Part shown: positions 1 through 8,737 of the stretch, one piece after another | Layout of the letters: each line of letters starts with the position of its first letter | Numbering within the stretch: position 1 is the first letter of the stretch | DNA from: Nitrospinaceae bacterium | GTDB lineage: Bacteria; Nitrospinota; Nitrospinia; Nitrospinales; Nitrospinaceae | Assembly (NCBI GenBank): GCA_965237905.1 | Contig: OZ250172.1 | Location: 928,001 to 992,000 of the forward strand | Direction of reading: 5' to 3' | Length of the DNA stretch: 64,000 bases | The notes under the pieces: model-generated | What the model saw: only the letters and a program-made list of their open reading frames with translations | Databases searched by the model: none | What the model was told of the DNA's origin: nothing | Program-made: the position numbers and the translations under genes

Positions 1-1046
1 CCTAAATCCCAATAAGGAGGCGAATCGCTGAAATTCAAACTCAGGAAGCCGATCGCTGTCGTCACACTGGTGATGAGCACCGGTTTGAAGTTGACGCGCA
101 GTGATTCGATGATGGCCTCATTTTTGGTTTTCCCATGACGCATCTCATGAAACAAGGTGATCAGAATATGGATGCTGTCTGCCACAGCCATGGTCAGTAT
201 GTAGACCGGGGCGTTGGCGGAAACCGGGGTGAGTAACACTCCCCACCAACCCCCGATGCCCAATGCCGTTGCGGTGGCCATGCCGATCAGCAAAAGCGTG
301 GACATCGTGCCTGCCAATGAACGGAGAGCCACCCACATCCCAACGGCAATCAACAGAAACATGAGTGGAACCAGTGTTTGCATATCCTGCTGGCCGGCTT
401 CCACAAACTGGTTGTTGATCATGGCGACGCCGGTGAGATAAACATTGAATTCAGAATGGTTCGCGCGGAAATCATCGGCCATGCTACGGACAAAAGCCGC
501 TACCTCTGGAACTTCGGTGATGGTTTTTCCAGGGAGGTTGATGGTGACGTTGATCCCGGTCACGTGCGCCGTGGGTGAAATGAGGCGATTGACCAATAAC
601 GGTTCGGATAGAGCGATCTTCTTTTTCTGTTCCAGGTAGCGGTCGGGCAAACTCATGGCATTCTTCACCAAATCTTCCACTACGAGTCCGTCTCCGTCCG
701 CCCAGGAATGTTGAAAATTGGTCACCGATTCCACGCGAATGGAATAGGGAATCTGCCAGGACTGTTTCGTCAACTCCTCGACCGCGGCCAAATTCTCACG
801 CGTGAATACCCGGCCGTCTTTGGGAGCGAGGGCGATCATCACATTGTCGTTTTTGGTGTATGTGTTTTGCAGGGCATCGAACGCCTGCATTTGCGGATTT
901 TCCTTGCTGAAAAACACCCGGTAATCCGAGGAAAAATCGAGAAATCGGGCGCCACTTGCGGCGGCCATCACGAACAACAGGGTGACCAGAATGATCCACC
1001 AGCGGAAGCGGATCACCCATTCTCCATAACCGTATTTGCGTTGCAT
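1..1046 (-). CDS. MMPL/RND-superfamily exporter, 3' end truncated by the window edge; paralog of 2921..5257
   Basis: Absent from the ORF track because it has no stop in the window. Manual translation from ATG 1046 (AGGAG RBS upstream) is open to base 3: MQRKYGYGEWVIRFRWWIILVTLL...MAVADSIHILITLFHEMR...TTAIGFLSLNFSDSPPYWDL. This is colinear with the neighbouring MMPL protein. Confidence 0.92.
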   Translation of the reverse strand, partial: MQRKYGYGEWVIRFRWWIILVTLLFVMAAASGARFLDFSSDYRVFFSKENPQMQAFDALQNTYTKNDNVMIALAPKDGRVFTRENLAAVEELTKQSWQIPYSIRVESVTNFQHSWADGDGLVVEDLVKNAMSLPDRYLEQKKKIALSEPLLVNRLISPTAHVTGINVTINLPGKTITEVPEVAAFVRSMADDFRANHSEFNVYLTGVAMINNQFVEAGQQDMQTLVPLMFLLIAVGMWVALRSLAGTMSTLLLIGMATATALGIGGWWGVLLTPVSANAPVYILTMAVADSIHILITLFHEMRHGKTKNEAIIESLRVNFKPVLITSVTTAIGFLSLNFSDSPPYWDL

Positions 1047-1082
1047 CTTGTCTCCTTTGAGTATCGAATTATTCTTATTTTG

Positions 1083-1098
1083 TTAGTTAAATAACTAA
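1083..1098. promoter_or_regulatory. Palindromic operator TTAGTTA-AA-TAACTAA upstream of the MMPL gene, likely a TetR site
   Basis: Perfect 7-bp inverted arms; 15/16 identical to the site at 1694..1709 upstream of tetR. Confidence 0.7.
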
Positions 1099-1120
1099 TA
1101 CAAATGCCAAAAAAAAATTT

Positions 1121-1678
1121 CTATAGTTCCCCGATCCAGGATTTCAGCCGTGCTATCTCTAATTCAACAATCTTGGGATCGTTCAAAGCGTTAGCCAATA
1201 CACAACATCCATGAAGGGCTGAAGTCAGCTGAATTCCCAGTTTATCGGCATCTGTATGTCCCATGTGCTTAAACTGATCGGTGACCCATTTTAATTGCCA
1301 GTGAACCAAGGCATCGGCCTTATCCGAAACAGGTTGCCTGTCCTTATCCAACTCCTGGCACATACTGCCTACAGGACATCCGTATTTGGCGATTTTATCT
1401 TTCATGCTTTCCTGCATATCAAGGAGCTTGAATAGCCGCGCCCTGGGATCCGGGTTTTCCTCCCATTGCTTGACCTCGTCTTTTATGGTCTCTCTACGCT
1501 GTTCAATGACCGCGATGGCCAAATCCTCCTTGGTTTTAAAATAATAATAAACGTTCCCCAAAGGAACGCCGGAGTCCTCGGCGATATCCGCAATCGAAGT
1601 GTCTTTAAACCCTGCCTGATGAAACAGCTTGGTAGCGGATTCAACCAGTCGTTCTCTTTTGTCGGTTACACGTCCCAT
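1121..1678 (-). CDS. TetR/AcrR-family transcriptional regulator
   Basis: N-terminal HTH LFHQAGFKDTSIADIAEDSGVPLGNVYYYFKTKEDL; C-terminal GCPVGS motif; 185 aa. Confidence 0.95.
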   Translation of the reverse strand: MGRVTDKRERLVESATKLFHQAGFKDTSIADIAEDSGVPLGNVYYYFKTKEDLAIAVIEQRRETIKDEVKQWEENPDPRARLFKLLDMQESMKDKIAKYGCPVGSMCQELDKDRQPVSDKADALVHWQLKWVTDQFKHMGHTDADKLGIQLTSALHGCCVLANALNDPKIVELEIARLKSWIGEL

Positions 1679-1693
1679 TTCAAAACCTATAGT

Positions 1694-1741
1694 TTAGTTA
1701 AATGACTAACTTAAAATAATACCAAATGGGAAATCTGTCAA
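1694..1741 (-). promoter_or_regulatory. Sigma70-type promoter of tetR with a downstream operator palindrome
   Basis: Minus strand TTGACA (1741-1736), 17-nt spacer, TATTTT (1718-1713), followed by the operator (plus strand TTAGTTAAATGACTAA, 1694..1709). Confidence 0.65.
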
Positions 1742-2094
1742 CCCATATTCTCAATTATTTTTATATTTTTTTCTTCTATGAGAATAGGGCTTTAATATCA
1801 ATAGGTTACAGAATACTGATTCGCCTGGATCTGACTTAGCTGGGCCCAGAATCCCGCTGGGGAGAGCACACTCGCTGACCAAACTGGGTCCAGCGACGGG
1901 CTGGGCGGAGTACCCCCGCTGGCCAATAAATTCTGGATGGCAAAGCTAACTTTTTGACCGCTCCATCCCGCTTCTGCCAAATTTCCTCCGGGCGTTGCCC
2001 GTTGGAAATGAACAAATATTGACCTGGGTAGGAAGCGCCCAATGATTAACATCAGCAATTAAATTTTCAGCAAAGTGCCAGCGGAGGCTCTCCG

Positions 2095-2880
2095 CTAGCG
2101 GGCGCGTTTGAGGCTGTTCTTGTTGAAGTCTCTATCCTTGAATCCGTTTCTGAACTCGTAATTGGACCATTTCAGCAGAGTGCTTTTTCCGGTCTGGTGG
2201 TTTTGCATGAACATTTCATCCGGGTACCAGTACTTTCCCAGATACTGATGATACCCGCGGAAGGTTTGGGTTTTCAGCAGAGCGTTTTTGCGGTCGTAAA
2301 AATCGATCTTCAGCAGGCGGTATTCCTTTTTGTCCAGCCAAACTACTTGGCGGGTGTAACCGGAGTTTTTGTAGGTGGGGTAACGTTCGAACACGAAACA
2401 CTCCATGCCGTCCAGCGTCTCGTCCCGTATCCATTTATAAGTGTATTTTTCAACTTCCTGGCTGGTGACGTCCTCGTAAGCGAACTCACTGCCCATGAAC
2501 GACCCCGACTTGTTGGCGGAACTGATGCGCTTTACCCGTTTCAGGGCAGGCAGGTATAACCATTGATCGTCGGTCCCGGTCTTATGAGTGAAGTTGAGGA
2601 GGGCGGTGCCTTTGACATCCCGCGGCTTGTCGAACACCACCAGGGATTTGTCACCGTCGTCTTTCACTTCAAGATTCTTGGTGCGGAGGTAACGGGCGCT
2701 TTTCTCGCCATGACGGTTTTTCAGAATCATCTCCATTTTTGCCTGATAGTCGACGAATCCGTTATCGCGCTTGTCATCTTCGACGGCAATGGCGAGCCCC
2801 TTTTCCACAGGAGTCTCGGCTAAGACCGGAGTTGAAACCCCTACCATTAGCAATATAATTATTCCCAAAACTCGCATCAT
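2095..2880 (-). CDS. Outer-membrane lipoprotein-sorting (LolA-like) protein
   Basis: Signal peptide; DDQWLYLPALKRVKRISSANKSGSFMGSEFAYED signature. Start moved to ATG 2880 (GAGGAG RBS). Typical partner of this MMPL family. Confidence 0.9.
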   Translation of the reverse strand: MMRVLGIIILLMVGVSTPVLAETPVEKGLAIAVEDDKRDNGFVDYQAKMEMILKNRHGEKSARYLRTKNLEVKDDGDKSLVVFDKPRDVKGTALLNFTHKTGTDDQWLYLPALKRVKRISSANKSGSFMGSEFAYEDVTSQEVEKYTYKWIRDETLDGMECFVFERYPTYKNSGYTRQVVWLDKKEYRLLKIDFYDRKNALLKTQTFRGYHQYLGKYWYPDEMFMQNHQTGKSTLLKWSNYEFRNGFKDRDFNKNSLKRAR

Positions 2881-2920
2881 ATGTTTACTCCTCATCCATA
2901 TAGAAGGTTTTGAATCATCC

Positions 2921-5257
2921 TCAGGCCGTCCCCGTTTCTTCTGCCGGTTCGAGAGCACTCTCTTTGGCGTATTTTTTTTCTTCCAGTTTCATGAGCAAAG
3001 GCGGAAGAAACAAGAAGTCCACCACCAGAGCGCATACCACCGAAATGGTGGTCATGATGCCCATATGGACGTTCATCTTGAACCCGGAGAACGCCAGCAC
3101 GGAAAATCCGACCACTAAAACGAGGGAGGTCGCCCACAACGCCGTACCGACGGTGTGAAACGAATAGCGCACGGCCTCGGCGGGACTCTTGCCCTGTTCG
3201 CGGCGGGCACGCAGGTATTTGCTCATGAAATGTACTGTGTCGTCGACAATAATCCCGAGCGCTACCGGGGCGACAATGGACACGGCCAACCCGACTTCCT
3301 GGACAAAGAGTCCCCAGATGCCGAACGTCATGAATACCGGTGCCAGGTTGGGGATCATACTCATCCCGCCGAACTTGAAACTGCGCAGGGCCAGGATCAG
3401 GATCATCGAAATCAGGAACAAGGCCAGCAATACGCCAATGGTCATGCTCTTCATATTGCGTTTGGCGATATTGGAAAACATGATCAGGGGGCTGGCCCCA
3501 TGAGTGACCATGCTGGGCAGTCCGTTTTCCTTCAACCAGGCCTGCGCCTTGTCCTCCAACTCCAAAGCGTAGCGGGTGGAGACGCTCTCCAAAATAGCGG
3601 TAAACCGGGTCGATGACTTGTCGACGTTGATCTGGTTGTTCAAATCGAGACCGAAAGGCAGGGACAGCTCATATAACAAAAGATACTGGGCCGACAGGTC
3701 ACGCTGATCCGGTAGCTTGTAATAGGACTCATCGTCGCCATGCATGTTTTTGTTCAACCGTTTCATGATGTCGGTCAACGTGCTGACGTACATCACGCCG
3801 GGCTGTTGCCGGTACCATTGGGCGAACTCCTCCACTCTGGCCAAATATTCCGGATTGCTGATGCCGCCGGATTCGCCCGCGCCCAGTGAATATTCGATGG
3901 CTTCAAACCCTGTCAAGTTGTCGATGACGAAATCGTTGTCGAGGCGAAACTGATAGCGTGTATCGAAGTACTCGTTGAACTTCTCATTGATTTCCACCCG
4001 CGGAACCTGGGCAATGAGCAACACCATCACCGTCAGCATGCCCCAGTAAAGCCCTTTGCGGCGCTGGATCACGAAATCCGCAAAGCGGTCCATCACCAGC
4101 GTCTTGTCCTCGGGGTGCGGCTTGATCCGGAGAGGCAGCACCGCCATCATGGCCGGCAGAAACGTCACCGAATAAACGTAGGCCACCATCACCCCCATGG
4201 CGACGAAGTTACCGAGGTCCTGAAAAGGGGGCGAGTCGCTGAAGTTCAGGCTGAGAAAACCGATGGCAGTGGTGATACTGGTGATGAACACCGGCTGGTG
4301 ATTGACCCGGAGTGATTCGATGAGCGCCTCGCGTTTCGGTTTCCCCAACCGCATCTCATGAAACAGGGTCACCAGAATATGGATGCTGTCGGCAATCGCC
4401 AGCGTGAGAATAACGGTGGGAGCGGTAGCCGACACGGGAGTGAGCAAAACACCGAGCCATCCCCCCAGCCCCATCGCTGTCAGACTGGAAAAGGCGACAA
4501 CCAGGACAACGGTAAACGTTCCCCAAAAGGAACGCAGGACCACCGCCATGACCCCAATGATCAGGAGGTACATGATGGGAATCAGGTTTTTCAAGTCCCC
4601 CTGACTCGACTCAGTAAAAGAGTTGTTCATGAACACGATACCGGTGAGACGAAAATCGATATCGGGGTATTTGGGACGAATCTTCTCCACCATGGTACGG
4701 ACGAAGCTGACTACTTCCGGCACTTCCTCAATGGACTTCTCCGGCATGTTGACGGTGACGTTCACAGCAGTCACGCTGGCATCCGGGTTGATCAACCGGT
4801 TGAGCAGAAGCGGTTCCTTCAGCGCAATGCCTTTCACCCGCTCCAGTTTCGCGTCGGGCAATCCTTCTGCGCCTTCCACCAGATCTTCTACCACCAGATC
4901 ATCGCCATCGGCCCAGGTGTACTGAAAGTTGGTGACCGAGTCCACGCGGATAGAGTACGGAATCTGCCACGCCTCTTTGGTGAGTTCCTCCACCGCCGCC
5001 AGGGTCTCATGGGTAAACACCTTGCCGTTTTTAGGAGCAAGAACGATCATCGCGTTGTCGTTTTTGATGTACTTGTTCTGCAGGGCGTCGAAGGCCTGTA
5101 GTTGGGGATTTTCTTCGCTGAAAAAAACGCGGTAATTGTTGGAAAACTGCAGGAACCGCATGCCGCTTGCGGCGGCCGCGACCATCAACATCGTAGCGAC
5201 AATGATCCACCAGCGAAACCGTATGACCTCTTCCCCAAAACCTGTGTCTGTTTTCAT
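2921..5257 (-). CDS. MMPL/RND-superfamily exporter
   Basis: Two halves, each with a periplasmic loop and a TM bundle; motifs LAIADSIHI and GIIVDDTVHF. Start placed at ATG 5257 (GGAG RBS); the ORF track starts at 5302. Confidence 0.93.
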   Translation of the reverse strand: MKTDTGFGEEVIRFRWWIIVATMLMVAAAASGMRFLQFSNNYRVFFSEENPQLQAFDALQNKYIKNDNAMIVLAPKNGKVFTHETLAAVEELTKEAWQIPYSIRVDSVTNFQYTWADGDDLVVEDLVEGAEGLPDAKLERVKGIALKEPLLLNRLINPDASVTAVNVTVNMPEKSIEEVPEVVSFVRTMVEKIRPKYPDIDFRLTGIVFMNNSFTESSQGDLKNLIPIMYLLIIGVMAVVLRSFWGTFTVVLVVAFSSLTAMGLGGWLGVLLTPVSATAPTVILTLAIADSIHILVTLFHEMRLGKPKREALIESLRVNHQPVFITSITTAIGFLSLNFSDSPPFQDLGNFVAMGVMVAYVYSVTFLPAMMAVLPLRIKPHPEDKTLVMDRFADFVIQRRKGLYWGMLTVMVLLIAQVPRVEINEKFNEYFDTRYQFRLDNDFVIDNLTGFEAIEYSLGAGESGGISNPEYLARVEEFAQWYRQQPGVMYVSTLTDIMKRLNKNMHGDDESYYKLPDQRDLSAQYLLLYELSLPFGLDLNNQINVDKSSTRFTAILESVSTRYALELEDKAQAWLKENGLPSMVTHGASPLIMFSNIAKRNMKSMTIGVLLALFLISMILILALRSFKFGGMSMIPNLAPVFMTFGIWGLFVQEVGLAVSIVAPVALGIIVDDTVHFMSKYLRARREQGKSPAEAVRYSFHTVGTALWATSLVLVVGFSVLAFSGFKMNVHMGIMTTISVVCALVVDFLFLPPLLMKLEEKKYAKESALEPAEETGTA

Positions 5258-5420
5258 GCGCGCTCCATTTAAAGGCTCAAGACCCTTTCCGGATTTTGAC
5301 ACCGAATTGTATCCATCAGGTTAATTGAATCCGCCGGCCAAATCAAAAATGTTTTCCGCACCGAAATCAGTCACCTCTTTTTAGGTAGAAGAACAACCGC
5401 GCTTCCGGACAACAATCAAT

Positions 5421-5885
5421 TCACTCCTTATGGCATTCATTGCCGGATTCAAAACACAGGCCATCCGGTTTTTTGCCTTCTGCAATATCCTTAAGGAGTG
5501 GCAAGGCGTGTTCTTTCCAACCCTGACCGAAGGAATCGGCGCTCGGTTTCAGGCTAATATTATAATGTCTCAGAGTCAGATGCGTGGCTTTGCCCTGCGA
5601 CTTTAAAAGAATCTCCACTGTGGAATCACCCGGCTCTATATTTTCGATCCCGCCAAAGGTAAACACCACCTTTTCGTTCGGTACGATTTCGACAAATTCC
5701 CCACGGCAGTGATGGCCGTTCGGATCCCTCGCACCGACATGAAACACGCCGCCGGGTTTCGGGTCGGCCTCCACCACTTCGCCGAACCATTGCTTCATCC
5801 TGGCTTCCTCAGTCAGAAATGAAAACACCGTTTCCGGCGAGGCATCAATGGTGATCTCACGGGTCAACTCATAGGTTTCGCTCAT
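5421..5885 (-). CDS. SRPBCC/AHSA1 (START-like) domain protein
   Basis: REITIDASPETVFSFLT...QWFG...GEFVEIVPNEKVVFTF...GW pattern; overlaps the stop of the ArsR gene by 4 nt. Confidence 0.9.
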   Translation of the reverse strand: MSETYELTREITIDASPETVFSFLTEEARMKQWFGEVVEADPKPGGVFHVGARDPNGHHCRGEFVEIVPNEKVVFTFGGIENIEPGDSTVEILLKSQGKATHLTLRHYNISLKPSADSFGQGWKEHALPLLKDIAEGKKPDGLCFESGNECHKE

Positions 5886-6193
5886 GGCTTCCTCTTCTCC
5901 TGTTTTTCGGCGGCGGCTTTCAGCCGTTCCAGTTTGGAATCCCAGAAATCTTCCAGCAACGCCCTTAAAGGACCAAACCCTTCCGGCCGCAGTCTATAAA
6001 TACGGCGTGTGCCCTCCCGTCGCTCGGCGACGAGGCCGGCGTCTTTCAGAACGCGCAGATGCTGGGAAACCGCGGGACGGGTGATGCCTTTAAACTTCCG
6101 GGCGATCTCCCCTGCCGGCATCTCCCGGCGCCGCACCATTTGTAATATGGCGAGCCGCGTTGGCTCAGCCATTGCCTGTATCGTTTCAAACAT
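5882..6193 (-). CDS. ArsR/SmtB-family transcriptional regulator
   Basis: AMAEPTRLAIL...ITRPAVSQHLRVLKDAGLV..RREGTRRIY winged HTH. Confidence 0.95.
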   Translation of the reverse strand: MFETIQAMAEPTRLAILQMVRRREMPAGEIARKFKGITRPAVSQHLRVLKDAGLVAERREGTRRIYRLRPEGFGPLRALLEDFWDSKLERLKAAAEKQEKRKP

Positions 6194-6199
6194 GACTAT

Positions 6200-6228
6200 A
6201 TGTTAGTTAAAACTAACGTAAGTGTCAA
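6200..6228 (-). promoter_or_regulatory. Sigma70 promoter of arsR with an overlapping palindromic operator; probably a leaderless transcript
   Basis: TTGACA (6228-6223), 17 nt, TAACAT (6205-6200), 6 nt, then ATG (6193). Palindrome GTTAGTT-AA-AACTAAC at 6202..6217. Confidence 0.7.
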
Positions 6229-6374
6229 CTAAAATTTTGACCCCGCAGAACCCATTGATTTTATTAAGTAAAGAGCTTCTGAAAATTTATGGATATAGGG
6301 TAGATAGCGAAAATGTTACGATTGTCCGCACCAGTTGCAAAACAATAATCCTTCTCTCAATGTAAGGAACGCCC

Positions 6375-7692
6375 ATGACTCGACAATTCATTTTCTTTTG
6401 GTTATTGGGAACCCTACTACTATTTGTGGGGGGGTTGCTCAAGTGTAGCGAAAGGAGTCACCGATTCCATTTTAGAAAAGGATGGGAATGAAAAATATTC
6501 TCGTATTTGTAACGTGAAGGGCTACCCATTTTTCGGAGTGGATGGACACATTGACCGCCAAGAAAGCCATTCAAAGAAAGGCGGTTCAGAAGATACCCGG
6601 CCCACCGCAAAGGTATTGATGATTCACGGAATCGGTTCTCCTCAGGCAGGATATTCGACCCAGTTTTTGGAGAACTTAAGCAAGGAACTTCAACTCAATA
6701 TCACGGAAAGTTTGGTAAAGGAAATCAATCTCATACATCCTACCCTTCCAAGGGAATCCCTCGGAAAGCTAATCGTAAGCCGACATTTCAATAAAGACTC
6801 TACAAGAGAATTAATTTTCTATGAGCTGACATGGTCGGAAATTATTGAAAGTGAAAAAAAACAAATTGAGTACGATAATTCGGGCAAATACTCCTATATG
6901 AGAGCCGATCTCAACCATTCCATGAAATTGTTCTTCAACCAGCATGTTCCTGATCCCATGATCTATTATGGCGACAGTCGTCAGAAAATAATTTTATCGG
7001 TGGCTCAATCCTTGTGCTGGATGTTTTACGGAGATTGGAACGACTTAAACCAATCCAAGGGAAAGTTTTGCGATAGCCGTTCCTTCCCGCTACATAGAGG
7101 AATTCAAAAAGACGATTACTCTATTGTGACTCATAGCCTGGGGAGCCGTATTATTATCGATTCCCTGCAATGGGTCGCCGAACAGGTTTCAATGGCAAAA
7201 AAGGAGGATTTAACGAATTACCAAAATGTTGCAAAAATGCTGGAGGCCATTAAAAATGAAGAGATCTCAATTTACATGCTGGCGAATCAGTTACCTCTTC
7301 TTCAACTGGGCAGAGAAGAACCCAAGGTTACCAATCAGATCAAAGAGTATTGCCACCCTGATGGAGTCCATTGGGATGATCGTTCGTTCAAGAAATTGAA
7401 TATCGTTGCTTTCAGCGATCCCAACGACCTGCTCAGTTATGGGATTCCTCCCAAATTTGCCCGCGAAAAAATGGATTCCAGGATATGCCCCAAGATAACG
7501 AATATTGAAATCAATGTCGCAGATGTGGTTTCACTCTTTGGAATGGGTGAGTTTGCTAATCCCGTGGACGCCCACAATGGTTATGATAACGACGAGCAGG
7601 TTATTCGCTTGATCGCTCATGGAATAGGCCATGAGGAGGCTTCCGAGGTAACGAAGGAAAGGTGCTCCTGGAAGGAAATAGTAGATCGTTGA
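6375..7692 (+). CDS. Putative lipoprotein with alpha/beta-hydrolase-like motifs; frameshifted at a G7 run (6428-6434)
   Basis: ATG 6375 with an AAGGA RBS encodes a signal peptide MTRQFIFFWLLGTLLLFVG that is out of frame with GCSSVAKG... (ORF 6424..7692). The body has IHGIG, THSLG (nucleophile-elbow-like), SDPND and AHNGY motifs. Confidence 0.75.
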
Positions 7693-7765
7693 ACTATACA
7701 AGTTTTGGGACTGCTTTGAAAACTGTGAGATCGAATTGGAGGAGCGGATGGAAGGCCTGCGCGAA

Positions 7766-8737
7766 CTATTGGGCCGCTGTTTTTTTGATGGTTTTATAAA
7801 GTTTAGGGCCGGACTTTTCAAGGAAGTCTTCAAAAGACTCCGGTTCGGACAAAGGTTCTAAATAAGGCGCCAGGTGGGACGGATACGCGGGATCGCCTGA
7901 AAAATCCAATCGGATTTCCTTGGCCCCCCATGCCGTCATCAGAACGAACATGAGTGCGACAACAGAAAGCTTTACCATATCGGCCCATCCCACAAATTTG
8001 TTTGCCAGCTTTACACTGGCCCAAAACATGACCAGCAAAAAACCAAAGTGGATGGTGTATTTGGCAAAGATTAAAAAACCATAGTGCGATACCCAGAAAA
8101 ATAAAAACGGATCCCATTTACCATAAAACAGCCAGATTAAAGAGAAGGTATTGCATACGGCCAAGTGGCGCTTAAAATAGGGCTTGCGGAGTGTTATATA
8201 ACAGATCAAACCAATAACGCCTACATACAAGGCGGTGCCTAATAAGAATCCCAATATGATTTCAAAACCATTTGCCTTCCAAAATCTTTCAGTGGGTTCT
8301 CCTAAAAAAGACATCCAAACACTGATTCCCAGAACCACAAGAGTATAGACAATGGCCACCGAGCGCTTGTCGAGAAACTGGCGCAAAGCCAAAAATGTAT
8401 CCATACGCCTGGCGGGTTCCACCGGGTGATCGGGTAAAACCAACTTTAACTTTGTTTTACCAATGTAAACTACACCTCCAGACGCAATCTTGGCTCCCTG
8501 ATCTTGAAGAGTCGTTTCCCCATTGATTCGCGTTCCGTTTTCACTCGCCAAATCCTTTACATAAAATCCTGTGCCGTTTCGCGAAACCGAAAGGTGCTTT
8601 GGCGACACAAAGGGATCATCTAGAATGATATCGTTGGAATAGGAGCGTCCAATAGTTGCCATGCCCTCTTCAAACACATATCGCTTTTCGACGCCATGAC
8701 CGTGCGGAGGAAGCAATTCAATAATCAATCGATCCAT
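7766..8737 (-). CDS. FHA-domain membrane protein
   Basis: FHA motifs IGRSYSNDIILDDPFVSPKH and DLASENGT, followed by about 5 hydrophobic segments. Confidence 0.9.
   Translation of the reverse strand: MDRLIIELLPPHGHGVEKRYVFEEGMATIGRSYSNDIILDDPFVSPKHLSVSRNGTGFYVKDLASENGTRINGETTLQDQGAKIASGGVVYIGKTKLKLVLPDHPVEPARRMDTFLALRQFLDKRSVAIVYTLVVLGISVWMSFLGEPTERFWKANGFEIILGFLLGTALYVGVIGLICYITLRKPYFKRHLAVCNTFSLIWLFYGKWDPFLFFWVSHYGFLIFAKYTIHFGFLLVMFWASVKLANKFVGWADMVKLSVVALMFVLMTAWGAKEIRLDFSGDPAYPSHLAPYLEPLSEPESFEDFLEKSGPKLYKTIKKTAAQ

Noticed and set aside
145..1094. Short ORFs listed in the track over the first kilobase
   Set aside because: All overlap the real minus-strand MMPL frame (1046 to below 1) that the track missed.
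1798..2058. Possible small ORF, ncRNA or gene remnant between tetR and the LolA-like gene
   Set aside because: Neither ORF (86 or 68 aa) has a recognisable motif or RBS, and I found no convincing RNA structure or IS ends. An Rfam or tblastx search would be needed.
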